A model generated the notes under the pieces. That model was not told where the DNA came from, ran no database searches, and was given only the letters and a program-made list of their open reading frames with translations. From NCBI GenBank assembly GCA_039024555.1, contig JBCCQQ010000006.1, positions 32,001 through 96,000 of the forward strand: a DNA stretch of 64,000 nucleotides. Direction: 5' to 3'. Shown here piece after piece: positions 40,374 through 50,391 of this stretch. How positions within the stretch are numbered: position 1 is the stretch's first letter; each line of letters opens with the position of its first letter. The DNA comes from Cyanobacteria bacterium P01_D01_bin.156. Its GTDB lineage: Bacteria > Cyanobacteriota > Cyanobacteriia > Phormidesmidales > Phormidesmidaceae. The position numbers and the translations under genes were made by a program.

Positions 40374-41429
40374 ATGCTGTGGAGAAAGGAGATACTGACG
40401 TTGAGCGATCGCAACTCAATTCGGAACAAAACTCGTCGGCAGTTTCTAGCAACCAGCGCCACCACGGCCTTGGGACTGATCGGCGGCTCTACAAGTCAGC
40501 AGCCATCTGCACCTACCGTATCGAGCAATTCGTCTTCGCCTGATACGTCTGCAGCCAATGCGTCGCTAACAACACCGACTACAATGCCGCAGCGGCAACT
40601 GGGGCGTACCCAAGTAGAGTTGCCAATCTTGGGTTTGGGCGGAGCCGGGCGCACGCCACTATCCACCCCTAATCAAGAGCAAGCCGCCACAGAACAGATT
40701 CAACGGGCACTAGAGCTGGGCATTCGTTACTTTGATACAGCCGCAAGCTACGGGCCAAGTGAGCAGTATTTAGGTAACGTGTTGCCCCCCTATCGAAACG
40801 AGCTTTTTCTAGCCACCAAGACAGCCTCCCTCAATTATGACGGTGCTTGGCGCGATTTAGAGCGCTCATTGCGTCGGCTAAATACCGATTATCTCGACCT
40901 TTGGCAGCTGCACCATATTTCCTTTGAGTCTGAGCTGGATACATTGCTCAGTAATGACGGCGCGATCAAAGCATTAGAAGAAGCCAAAGCCCAAGGACTG
41001 GTGCGCTTTAGTGGGATCACGGGTCACCATGAACCCCAGGTAATTGCCACAGCTCTACAGCGCTACCCGTTTGACCATACGTTGATTCCCGTCAACGCAG
41101 CGGATACCCACCATCCTCGACCGTTTATTCCCGTTGTGTTGCCTGTGGCTCAGGCGCAAAATGTTGGAGTAACGGCGATGAAGGTGCCCGCCTATGGTCG
41201 GTTATTAAAACCAGGTGTGCTGGATGGCATGCACCAAGCGTTGGGTTACACATTGTCGCAGTCTGGAGTGCACTGTGCGGTTATTGCTGCCCAAACCATT
41301 GCCCAGTTAGAAGAAAATGTAAAAGCCGCTTCGGAATTTGAAATTCTGGATGAGACGACCCTGGCCAATATTGAGCAGAAAACAGCCGCTGTTTGGCAAG
41401 ACAACACATTCTTTAGAGCCTGGACTTGA
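40374..41429 (+). CDS. Aldo/keto reductase with twin-arginine signal
   Basis: TRRQFL plus hydrophobic segment; LGLGG, FDTAASYG, LATKT and SLRRLNTDYLDLWQLH motifs; start uncertain. Confidence 0.85.
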   Translation: MLWRKEILTLSDRNSIRNKTRRQFLATSATTALGLIGGSTSQQPSAPTVSSNSSSPDTSAANASLTTPTTMPQRQLGRTQVELPILGLGGAGRTPLSTPNQEQAATEQIQRALELGIRYFDTAASYGPSEQYLGNVLPPYRNELFLATKTASLNYDGAWRDLERSLRRLNTDYLDLWQLHHISFESELDTLLSNDGAIKALEEAKAQGLVRFSGITGHHEPQVIATALQRYPFDHTLIPVNAADTHHPRPFIPVVLPVAQAQNVGVTAMKVPAYGRLLKPGVLDGMHQALGYTLSQSGVHCAVIAAQTIAQLEENVKAASEFEILDETTLANIEQKTAAVWQDNTFFRAWT

Positions 41430-41549
41430 AACATTTGTAGAGGCTGCCTTTACAGCCCTATTCAAAATCTTTGCTGGAGCAATGCTCCGATGTCAGAACT
41501 ACTGGAAGTGGGCTAAAATTTCGGCAAGTCCTCGCTGAGATACTACGCT

Positions 41550-43826
41550 ATGACCTCATCTGGTAAGCCTCAACCCAAGCAACCAGCCAGTGAGCAATTA
41601 GCAGACATGGTTCTTAAGGTGGTCAGAACTGGCGGGATTGCTGGTGGTGGCATTGGTGCGTTTTGGCAGCTGTTTCTAAATAGCGATATCCCAAAGGCAA
41701 TTGCATCATTGGTAATCGGTGCTGGCCTTTCCTATGGTGCTAAGTTGTTGATGCCCGTCCATAAAGGAAATGAGAAACGGGCGGAACAGGCTGGAAAAGC
41801 TATCAATGAAGGCATTGATCAAGTCTTTGACCAGATTACTAACCAGGTGATTGCGGCAGCAACTGGGTTTGAGAATAAGTACTTGCTGTGTCAGGCGGCA
41901 GAATGTCAGGCGTTTCGTTCTGAGGGCATGGCCCAGCATGATGGCATTTTTATTCCGCTATTGACGGAAGTATTTGTGCCGTTGGAGCTAGACTCTAGCG
42001 CTATGCAAGCAGGCTTTCACTCGCTAATGCTGGATAGAAATCAAACAAGCCAACGGGAGCTAACTATTTGGACCTTTTTAGCCCAGGCACAAAAGACACC
42101 CACATTTCGTCAGCTAGCCATTCTAGCTTGGGGTGGCTACGGTAAGACCACGCTGTTGCGGCACATTGCTTTTCGCTACGGCACTAAACAGATTCCTAAA
42201 GGAGCACCAAAGTTCATCCCTGTCCTACTGATCCTCAGACAGTATAAGGATTTACTCGCTCAGGATAATCCTCCTGACTTACCACAGTTCATCACTGACC
42301 ATCACCTACCAGATTTGCCCGGTGCCGATAATCTAAAACCACCCAAGGATTGGGCATTGAACCTTCTCAAAAGTGGTCGAGCATTGGTAATGTTGGACGG
42401 CTTTGATGAAGTTGGTACAGATCAGCGTTCAAACGTGGCTAAATGGTTAACGGCTCAAATGCGCCGCTATGGTCAGGCAGTCTTTTTGCTCACATCTCGT
42501 CCCAAAGCTTATAGAGAACAAAAAGCAGGCGCAAGGTTGCAGTTAAGTACATCCCTGTGGGTAAGAGACTTTAATGAGTTACAGAGAAAACAGTTTGTTA
42601 CCCGTTGGTATGAGTGCCAAGAACGTTATGCCAATGCTGGGCGAGAAACCCCAGATGTCAAAAAAACAGCAGATCGTGCATCCCAAAATTTACTTGCACA
42701 AATTGAATCTCAGCAGGCTCTGAAGGATTTGGCAAAAAATCCTTTGTTGCTCAATATGATTGTCACCTTCCATCGCCGGGTGCCAGGTGCGGAACTACCT
42801 AAGCGCAAGGTAGAACTGTATCGAGAAATTTGTCAGCTGCAGTTACTAGACCGCCCTAGAGCTCGTGGTGTAGGGCCTTTGATGACCCAGTACAATGCCC
42901 AGGGGATTTTGCAACAGATTGCCTTTGCCATGATGCAGCGCCAGTGGAAAAGGATTGACCAAAAGGTATTACTGCAAGGGTTAAGTCAAATTATTAAACA
43001 ACAAGACGATCAGTTTTCGGCTAAGGATTTTTTGAAGGAAGTGGTGCAAATTAGTGAGCTGCTAGTAAAGCAAGAAGACCAATATGAATTTGCTCACCTA
43101 AGTTTTCAAGAGTATTTAGCGGCGGCCCATATTGCCCAGACTAGAAAGGAACAGGTACTGTATTCGCAGTTTGACAATGATTGGTGGAAGCCAACAATTT
43201 TACTCTATGCGGGGATAGTAAGTCCAACACAGTTGATGCGAGAGGCCGTTAATCAGGGAGCAACGGATCTGGCTTATCAGTGTTTACAGGAGACGACGAA
43301 GCAGGTGGATGCCTCCCTGGCAGCTGAGCTGAAAACTGTTAAGGCAGTTGTAGTAGATGCTCGCTATGCGAACTTAGAAACGTATTTGAAAAATGGCGAG
43401 TGGGAAAAGGCAGATAATGAAACCTATCGACTGATGATCACTACCGTTGGCAAAGAAGAGAACCAGTTCTTTGAAAACGAAGAACTACTCGAATTTCCCT
43501 GTGAGGAGCTAAAGACTATTGATCAGTTGTGGGTCACCCACAGTAAGGGCAAGTATGGTTTTAGCATACAAAAGAAAATTTATTTAAGCGTTGGTGGTGT
43601 AGCCGATGGCACATATAATGATGAGGCCCATAAACAATTTTGCGATTTAGTGGCTTGGCGAAAGGACGGTTCTTACAGGTTCGAAGATATATTGATGGAT
43701 GGAAGGGGGCCTCACGGACATCTCCCTCGCCCGGTCGTTCCCAGGTTTTGGTTTATAGATCTTATGGGGGTGCTTGGGGGGGGGGTTTGGTTTTTTTTGT
43801 CTCTTCTCTCGCATCGAGACTTGTAG
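41550..43826 (+). CDS. NACHT NTPase with C-terminal GUN4 domain
   Basis: Walker A GGYGKTT, Walker B LDGFDE, LTSR, NPLLL, FAHLSFQEY; GUN4 motifs W..AD.ET, FPC..L.TID.LW...S.G.YGFS.QK and GHLP. Confidence 0.88.
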   Translation: MTSSGKPQPKQPASEQLADMVLKVVRTGGIAGGGIGAFWQLFLNSDIPKAIASLVIGAGLSYGAKLLMPVHKGNEKRAEQAGKAINEGIDQVFDQITNQVIAAATGFENKYLLCQAAECQAFRSEGMAQHDGIFIPLLTEVFVPLELDSSAMQAGFHSLMLDRNQTSQRELTIWTFLAQAQKTPTFRQLAILAWGGYGKTTLLRHIAFRYGTKQIPKGAPKFIPVLLILRQYKDLLAQDNPPDLPQFITDHHLPDLPGADNLKPPKDWALNLLKSGRALVMLDGFDEVGTDQRSNVAKWLTAQMRRYGQAVFLLTSRPKAYREQKAGARLQLSTSLWVRDFNELQRKQFVTRWYECQERYANAGRETPDVKKTADRASQNLLAQIESQQALKDLAKNPLLLNMIVTFHRRVPGAELPKRKVELYREICQLQLLDRPRARGVGPLMTQYNAQGILQQIAFAMMQRQWKRIDQKVLLQGLSQIIKQQDDQFSAKDFLKEVVQISELLVKQEDQYEFAHLSFQEYLAAAHIAQTRKEQVLYSQFDNDWWKPTILLYAGIVSPTQLMREAVNQGATDLAYQCLQETTKQVDASLAAELKTVKAVVVDARYANLETYLKNGEWEKADNETYRLMITTVGKEENQFFENEELLEFPCEELKTIDQLWVTHSKGKYGFSIQKKIYLSVGGVADGTYNDEAHKQFCDLVAWRKDGSYRFEDILMDGRGPHGHLPRPVVPRFWFIDLMGVLGGGVWFFLSLLSHRDL
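43766..43798 (+). repeat. Homopolymer cluster (G5, G10, T8) in the GUN4 C-terminal coding region
   Basis: G5 at 43766-43770, G10 at 43776-43785, T8 at 43791-43798. Confidence 0.85.
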
Positions 43827-43903
43827 ACTGTAACAGATAAGCGCTACAGCCCGATCTAAACTTTCTTAAACACAGTCTCTACATACCAATCCTCGTTGTT
43901 TCG

Positions 43904-44680
43904 TCAATTCGTTACCTGGTACCCTGCTAGCTCTCTTGCCAGGTCTGGGTTATAGGCATTGGCCATCAAAAAACGTTCCGTGATATTCTGAATTTCCTCC
44001 ATAGGAGCATCCCATTCTTGCCATAGAGATTTTTGACCAGGGCTAACTTTTTTCTTGGGCTTACCCTTCAATTTCATCCTTGCTAGCAATGTATTTCCCC
44101 AGTAATTTCGCTTTTCTGGCTTTGGCCTTGGTCGATACCGCTCACAAAATTTACGATATATCGTTGCACAGATTTCCAAGGTCGCTCCCAATGCCATAAA
44201 TGCCAGGTGCCATTCGGTAATACCATCCTGGGTCAACCGTTCATAGGTTCCATAATTGCTGAAATCATAGAAAAAGCCCTGCTGCATATTGGCAGCCTTT
44301 GGGTTCCCATGGATATAGCGAATCGTATTCAATGCTCTTCGAGTATCGCTCATCTCAAAGCCGCTGCTGTGATACCGCTTTTCCCAAAAGTGCCCTGTCC
44401 GGTTCAACATTCGGTTAAAACACATGGCACTATACCAGTTCAGCCAGTGCATAATTTTCGGTAACTCTTCTGGCTGCTGCGGCTTTAACAAATAATGGAC
44501 ATGATTGCTCATAATGCACAGAGCATAGAGCCTGAAACCATATTTTTCTCGGCACTTTTGAAGTGCATATAACAATACAGAACGACATTCATACCGCGTC
44601 AATCGAAACTCTCGATTATTGCATCGTATTGTTACGTGACAACAAAGATTAGGACGTAAGTCCCTCAGTTTACGGGCCAT
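43904..44680 (-). CDS. HUH Y1 transposase, RAYT-like (IS200 superfamily)
   Basis: MAR..R......HVTIRCNNR, CIMSNHVH (HUH), R.GHFW..RY and catalytic RYIH.NP. Confidence 0.87.
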   Translation of the reverse strand: MARKLRDLRPNLCCHVTIRCNNREFRLTRYECRSVLLYALQKCREKYGFRLYALCIMSNHVHYLLKPQQPEELPKIMHWLNWYSAMCFNRMLNRTGHFWEKRYHSSGFEMSDTRRALNTIRYIHGNPKAANMQQGFFYDFSNYGTYERLTQDGITEWHLAFMALGATLEICATIYRKFCERYRPRPKPEKRNYWGNTLLARMKLKGKPKKKVSPGQKSLWQEWDAPMEEIQNITERFLMANAYNPDLARELAGYQVTN

Positions 44681-44777
44681 TGAAAGAGCACATTGCTTTA
44701 CGCTCTGCTTGTTTCTATCATATAAATCCTAATGGTGACACTATCACCTGTCTACAACTTTGACATAAAGTAATTCA

Positions 44778-47700
44778 TCAAAGAAATGTTGCCTGTGTGC
44801 ATTTAAGACTCTCATTATTTTGAGGGAGTATGATTTCAAAATCTGTTGTTCCACTTTCTGCTGAATTCACAGTTAATGTGCCTGCATGTTTTCGAATAAT
44901 GGAATAGCTTACAAATAACCCAAGCCCTTTCCCCTGACCCACTGGTTTTGTTGTAAAGAAAGGCTCAAAGATTTGCTTCTGAAGTTGTTCTGGAATAACA
45001 CTGTTAGTATTGGAAATAATAATCTTCACTTTCCCAGACAAAGCCTGCTCAGTGCGAATCCGAATCTCAGGGGTATCGTCAACACAGGTATTTTCCCGAA
45101 TGGCATCGATTGCATTATTGATGATGTTCAAAAACACTTGGTTGAGCTGATTGGGGTAACACACAACTTTAGGTAATTGAGTATACTGCCGCGTAATTCT
45201 AATTTCCGGTTGCTCGCCTAATGCTTGTAGGCGGTTATTCAAAACTAAGAGGGTACTTTCAATTCCACTATGCAAATTAACAGCTTTAACAGCAGCCTGA
45301 TCTAATCGTGAGAAGTTTCGTAGACTTTGAACAATTTCGTTGATTCTTTCACTACCCACTTCAATAGAGTCCAAAATACTATTGATATCCAAAAATATAT
45401 CATCAGGTTCAATCGCGTTAATTTTTGACTGAAGAGATGGACTAGGTTGAGAATACTCATCCTGATAACTATGGAACAAATCCTGTAAATCTTTAATATA
45501 GTCTTGTAGATGAGGAACATTGCCCATAATAAATCCCACTGGATTATTGATTTCATGGGAAATTCCTGCAACTAGCTGTCCTAGTGATGACATCTTTTCA
45601 GCATGAATAAGATGGGCTTGAGTTTGCTGTAATGTTTGCAATGTTTGTTGCAGATCATTGGCTTTGCGATGAAGATCTTGGGTCTTTTGTTCAACTTCTT
45701 TTTCCAGTTTTTGAGAGTAGTTTTCTGCCTGCTGATATAAGCGGGCATTTTCAATAGAAATCGCTGCCTGACTTGCTAAAAATTGCAAGACTTCTACCCG
45801 TTCATCTGTGAATGCCCCCACCATCAAATTGTTTTCTAAATAGAGCACTCCAATCGTCTTATTCTGGAGTTTTACAGGTATACACAAAACCGACTTAGGT
45901 TTCTGGGTAAGAATATAAGGATCGGCGACAAACTGCTCATCGGCACTCAAGAATTCGAACACAGCTTTCTCTTGAGTCCGGATGACTGAGTAAACAAGAC
46001 GTTTGGGAAGACCTAAATAATGCTCTAAAGAAATATCTATTCGGTTTACCTGATTGGGGGTTGCTTCAACCACTACAGTCCATTGATTATTTTGATAAAG
46101 GAGCAAGTGACCAACTTGTGCTCCTGCATTTGCGATAACTAGATTCATCAAGGTTGTTAGCAATTTCCCAAATTCAATTTCCTGCGAAATTGCTTGCGCC
46201 GCATTTAAGATCGTTGGAATATCCAGTAAACTCTCAATTCCTTGCTTAATACTCAAAGTAGAGTAACCCTCACCTTGGTCTTTGCCCAGCAATTCTACTG
46301 AATAAAAATTTGTCTTCAAGAGATTGGGATAACGCTGTTCCAAGTGATTGAGTTTTGCTTTAGCCCCCCATCGTTTATAGCCATCATAAGCATCTTGTAG
46401 GTAGCCAACGGCCGCTTTTTTCTTGTCCCAATTCAAATAAAATCTGGCAGCTAGTTCATTCGCAAGAGCTTCTTCATAAAGACAATGCTGGGCTCTCGAC
46501 TGTGCGATCGCTTGCTCGTAAGAATCAATAGCGTCAGCATACTGACCAGACAACTTTAATTTCTCTGCTTGAACTAGCAAACATTTATGAGATATATTCT
46601 CAGGGCAGTCTTGCTCCCACTCCTTCAATTTTTTCTCTAGGAGCAAAACTTCTTGCCAATGAGATTTTCGTACCTCTTTATTGTTAGAGACTTCGAAAAT
46701 TGACAAATGCATTAATGCCGCATAGAAAACACTAGAAGGAACCTTTGCATGGCTAGGAATTGTATCCTCAATAATGCTTAACTTAGAAATTAAATCTGCA
46801 TATATGTCCTGCTGGTCAAAGAGGTAGGCATGGCGAATTTTAACAGAATAGAACCAAGCTAGATGATAAGGACTATTGTCATATTTGTGGCAGAAGCTGG
46901 CTTCGTTAAAACTTGTATCATCAAAGCTCTCGACTGTTGTTGTCAGTCCCAGTAAATGGCGAATGGGTTGAATAACACCCACAATCAAAGCATCGCGATT
47001 TTCTAGGCTTTTGATGCGATATAGAAAATCTGAATGGGCTTGAGCTGTTTGATATAACTCCTCCAAGTTTTGACCGTATGTTAATCGGTCCGAACTACTT
47101 AGCATCATTGTAAAGCTCACTGTTAGCCAGTTTCCAGCTTGCATCCCTTGCCTGAGGGCCTCTTCATAGTACACATCCGCTTCTTTAAGAGGGCGGCTCC
47201 AGCTATGAACATCGGCTGCGAATAAGAAATTGGTCATGCCACAAATGTCGGCATTATCAAACTGATCACAAAGGGCAACAGCCGTAGCACCAAAGTGATA
47301 CGCCATAGCAGCATTTCCAAGAAGTGTATTGGCAATTAACCCAAAGCCAACATAGCCAAAGGGAGACATATCACTGTTGCCATGCTGCAGTGATATGGTC
47401 GTCATTTTTGCTAGGGCAAGATACGCTAACTTTGATTGACCATCTAACCATGCTGCATAGAAAAGAACCTGCAAAATGCGTAGCATTTCTGCCACATTCT
47501 CATTCTGCATGATAGGCAAATCAATAATCGATTGGATTGAATTGTGGTTTAGAAAATGTACAACAGCTTCAATCTCACACTTTAACGCTGCATCTAAGTC
47601 AATATCATTTTTGGGTACCGGCCATCCCAATAGTTCAAGACTTTGACGCTGAATAGCAATGGCTTCCTTATTTCTTCCCTGAAGCTGATATTGAGTCATC

Positions 47701-50240
47701 TGCACTCGGTAAATCATGGCTTTGTCGAGTGCCGTTTGCGAATGATCAATAGCTAAAGCATATAGGGTTTCTGCTTGCTCAAAATTGCCACAAAGATAGG
47801 TAGCTTCAGCACCGGCATAATGCAATTGGAACATCAGAGAGTAATCAGTTTGCCAAACCTTTTCAGACAAACAATCAATACCCATAGAGTAATATTGCGC
47901 CGCTACTTCATAGGCGGATGAGGCCTTAGCCTTTTGGCCAGCTTGTAAATTGAGCTTCGCTACCGCTAGCGTCTCTTGAGGAGAAGAAATGAAATTTCGA
48001 CCTAGATTAAACTGATTGACAATAGAAAATAATTGTTCTTCTTTCTGCCTTTGAGAAAACCCTTGTAACAGCAATCGACCAATTTGAAGATGAGTACTTT
48101 GCTTTTGATTATCTGGAATCAATGTGTAGGCAGCTTGTTGAATCCGGTCATGTAAAAATCGGTATCGAATAGCACCATATTCGCCATCGCTTGTGTCATT
48201 TCCCTCCAGATAAAATGCATGTGACGAAGAGTCAGAAAGAATAAACCCCTCTTGAAGACTAATCCATAGTTTCTGGTTGACCGATTCCAGAGCCTCTTCA
48301 CAAATAATCGCTAATGTCTCTAAATCAAAATTGTTACCGATGCAGGCAGATAACTTGAGAACAGTCTGTGTGTCTTGCGGTAGTTTTTGTAAACGACTTA
48401 CCATAAACTGAACGACATTATCCGTCAGAGATAACTGTTGAACAGCACTAAGATCGCACTGCCAACACCTCATATCGCTATTAAAATAAATATTGTTGTC
48501 TCTATGTAAGCCTTTGATAAATTGAATAGTAAAGAAAGGATTTCCCTTTGTCTTACGATGAATTAGCTCAGATAAAGACACTGAGACTGCCGATGGACAC
48601 ATCATCGTATCAGTAATCAAATCAGTAATGTCTCCCTTCGTCAAAAGAGATAACATCATCGTATGAATGACTTTGCCATCTTCTCTCAGGGTATCTAATA
48701 GCCTAATCAAAGGATGGGCAGGATACACCTCGTTATCCCGATAGGCTCCTAATAATAAGAGATACCCCGCTTCTGATTCATCCATAAGAAGCTGAATCAA
48801 ACTCAATGATGCAGAATCTGCCCATTGTAGGTCATCTAAAAAGATAACGAGAGGATGCTCCTTCTTTGTGAAAAGCCTGACAAACTTGCCAAATAATAAA
48901 TTGAATCGATTCTGTTCTGCACCACCGGACAGTTTTATCGTAGGGGGCTGAGGGCCGACGATACATTCTAATTCGGGAATAACATCCGTAATAACTTGCC
49001 CACTATCTCCTAATGCAGATAATATTTTTGTTCTCCAGTGGGTTAGTTCTGCCTCCGATTCCCCAATTAATTGTTCGATCAATCCACGAAATGCCTGTAC
49101 AAATGCAGAGAAAGGTCTATCTTTGTGGAATTGATCAAATTTCCCCTGAATAAAATATCCTTTTTGTCGAGTAATCGGTTTATGAACTTCATTAATAACC
49201 GTTGTTTTACCAATGCCAGAACATCCTGACACCAACATAATTTCTGAGTTACCTTGGGTAACTCGATCAAACGTATTCAATAGACATTGCACTTCTAATT
49301 CTCGGCCATAAAGCTTCTCAGAAATCAAAAAACGATTGCTGATATCTTCTTGTCCAATCTCAAATGGTTCAATCTTTTGAGTTGTCTGAACCTGATGCAA
49401 GCAATTCTCTAAATCATATTTAAGCCCTAAACTACTCTGGTAACGATCTTCCGCATTCTTCGCCATCAGCTTATGAACAATTTGCGAAACGATCGGCGGG
49501 ATGGATTCATTGATATGGTGCAGCGGTTTGGGGATTTGGGCCAAATGACAATGCACTAGTTCTAAGGGAACCATCGATAAGAAGGGAAGTCTGCCCGTAG
49601 CTAATTCATAGAGGGTAACTCCAAGACTATAAAAATCAGTACGATAGTCGATTCCCCTGTTCATTCGTCCAGTTTGTTCTGGAGCTAAATAGGATAGAGT
49701 CCCTTCTAAACTGTTGGGCTTATTTAAGGCTTGCAATTCATAAGATAATAATGAGGCCATACCAAAATCAATGAGCCTGACTTGCTTAGATTGAGGATGG
49801 ATAATGATATTCCCAGGATTAATATTTTTATGAATGATTCGGCATTGATATAAATTATGTAAAATTTCTGAAAGCTGGATAGCAATCTTCAAAGTATCGA
49901 CAAGGGATAAAGAGAATTGCTTCACATAGTCTCTTAGAGCAATACTATTGTAATCTTCCATCACCAAGGCATAACTATTTTCACGTAGCTCAAGGCTAGC
50001 GGCATGAACAATACCAGGAATGAGAAGATTCTTGGTGATCTTATATTCGTTTCGTAATAGCTGCTGTTGTCTAAGGGTTAGATATTCGTCACGCAATAAC
50101 TTAATGACAACAGTTCGGCCCTGACTCTCTTGAATAGCCTGATAAACAATTATTTTTGGGCTACTGTAAAGAGGCTTAGTAGGTGTATATCCAGATAGTT
50201 GAGGCAAGCTATTGTGTTGATAACTGGGAAGCAAGGCCAT
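44778..50240 (-). CDS. Multisensor Ser/Thr kinase-like / AAA ATPase / GAF / histidine kinase (HstK-type)
   Basis: Kinase domain (DFG, YLAPEQTGRMN), GCSGIGKT, LDDLQWAD, GNPFF, FLHDRIQQAAY, GAF (LYLENN) and SHEINNP. Confidence 0.93.
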   Translation of the reverse strand: MALLPSYQHNSLPQLSGYTPTKPLYSSPKIIVYQAIQESQGRTVVIKLLRDEYLTLRQQQLLRNEYKITKNLLIPGIVHAASLELRENSYALVMEDYNSIALRDYVKQFSLSLVDTLKIAIQLSEILHNLYQCRIIHKNINPGNIIIHPQSKQVRLIDFGMASLLSYELQALNKPNSLEGTLSYLAPEQTGRMNRGIDYRTDFYSLGVTLYELATGRLPFLSMVPLELVHCHLAQIPKPLHHINESIPPIVSQIVHKLMAKNAEDRYQSSLGLKYDLENCLHQVQTTQKIEPFEIGQEDISNRFLISEKLYGRELEVQCLLNTFDRVTQGNSEIMLVSGCSGIGKTTVINEVHKPITRQKGYFIQGKFDQFHKDRPFSAFVQAFRGLIEQLIGESEAELTHWRTKILSALGDSGQVITDVIPELECIVGPQPPTIKLSGGAEQNRFNLLFGKFVRLFTKKEHPLVIFLDDLQWADSASLSLIQLLMDESEAGYLLLLGAYRDNEVYPAHPLIRLLDTLREDGKVIHTMMLSLLTKGDITDLITDTMMCPSAVSVSLSELIHRKTKGNPFFTIQFIKGLHRDNNIYFNSDMRCWQCDLSAVQQLSLTDNVVQFMVSRLQKLPQDTQTVLKLSACIGNNFDLETLAIICEEALESVNQKLWISLQEGFILSDSSSHAFYLEGNDTSDGEYGAIRYRFLHDRIQQAAYTLIPDNQKQSTHLQIGRLLLQGFSQRQKEEQLFSIVNQFNLGRNFISSPQETLAVAKLNLQAGQKAKASSAYEVAAQYYSMGIDCLSEKVWQTDYSLMFQLHYAGAEATYLCGNFEQAETLYALAIDHSQTALDKAMIYRVQMTQYQLQGRNKEAIAIQRQSLELLGWPVPKNDIDLDAALKCEIEAVVHFLNHNSIQSIIDLPIMQNENVAEMLRILQVLFYAAWLDGQSKLAYLALAKMTTISLQHGNSDMSPFGYVGFGLIANTLLGNAAMAYHFGATAVALCDQFDNADICGMTNFLFAADVHSWSRPLKEADVYYEEALRQGMQAGNWLTVSFTMMLSSSDRLTYGQNLEELYQTAQAHSDFLYRIKSLENRDALIVGVIQPIRHLLGLTTTVESFDDTSFNEASFCHKYDNSPYHLAWFYSVKIRHAYLFDQQDIYADLISKLSIIEDTIPSHAKVPSSVFYAALMHLSIFEVSNNKEVRKSHWQEVLLLEKKLKEWEQDCPENISHKCLLVQAEKLKLSGQYADAIDSYEQAIAQSRAQHCLYEEALANELAARFYLNWDKKKAAVGYLQDAYDGYKRWGAKAKLNHLEQRYPNLLKTNFYSVELLGKDQGEGYSTLSIKQGIESLLDIPTILNAAQAISQEIEFGKLLTTLMNLVIANAGAQVGHLLLYQNNQWTVVVEATPNQVNRIDISLEHYLGLPKRLVYSVIRTQEKAVFEFLSADEQFVADPYILTQKPKSVLCIPVKLQNKTIGVLYLENNLMVGAFTDERVEVLQFLASQAAISIENARLYQQAENYSQKLEKEVEQKTQDLHRKANDLQQTLQTLQQTQAHLIHAEKMSSLGQLVAGISHEINNPVGFIMGNVPHLQDYIKDLQDLFHSYQDEYSQPSPSLQSKINAIEPDDIFLDINSILDSIEVGSERINEIVQSLRNFSRLDQAAVKAVNLHSGIESTLLVLNNRLQALGEQPEIRITRQYTQLPKVVCYPNQLNQVFLNIINNAIDAIRENTCVDDTPEIRIRTEQALSGKVKIIISNTNSVIPEQLQKQIFEPFFTTKPVGQGKGLGLFVSYSIIRKHAGTLTVNSAESGTTDFEIILPQNNESLKCTQATFL

Positions 50241-50304
50241 TTCTCTCGTCCTTAATCTACCTTGAAGCCTAGATAATTAACGTTAAAGCCATAAAGTATT
50301 TCAT

Positions 50305-50341
50305 AATCTTGACTATGGGTGAAACTTATAGTGTCAAGATT
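50305..50341. terminator. Intergenic hairpin between kinase genes
   Basis: AATCTTGAC...GTCAAGATT inverted repeat with an inner CTAT/ATAG pair. Confidence 0.4.
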
Positions 50342-50391
50342 GCTTCTTCACCTGTTGTCATAGTTGTTTCATACAACAGTTGGCGAGAGCT

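Noticed and set aside
43640..43840. 66-aa ORF as an independent gene
   Set aside because: It is an alternative frame of the GUN4 region with a TTG start; only its end matters, as an alternative tail.
43716..43840. Classical DGR variable repeat
   Set aside because: No reverse transcriptase, Avd or template repeat is in the window, and frame switching is not typical of DGRs; a remote DGR cannot be excluded.
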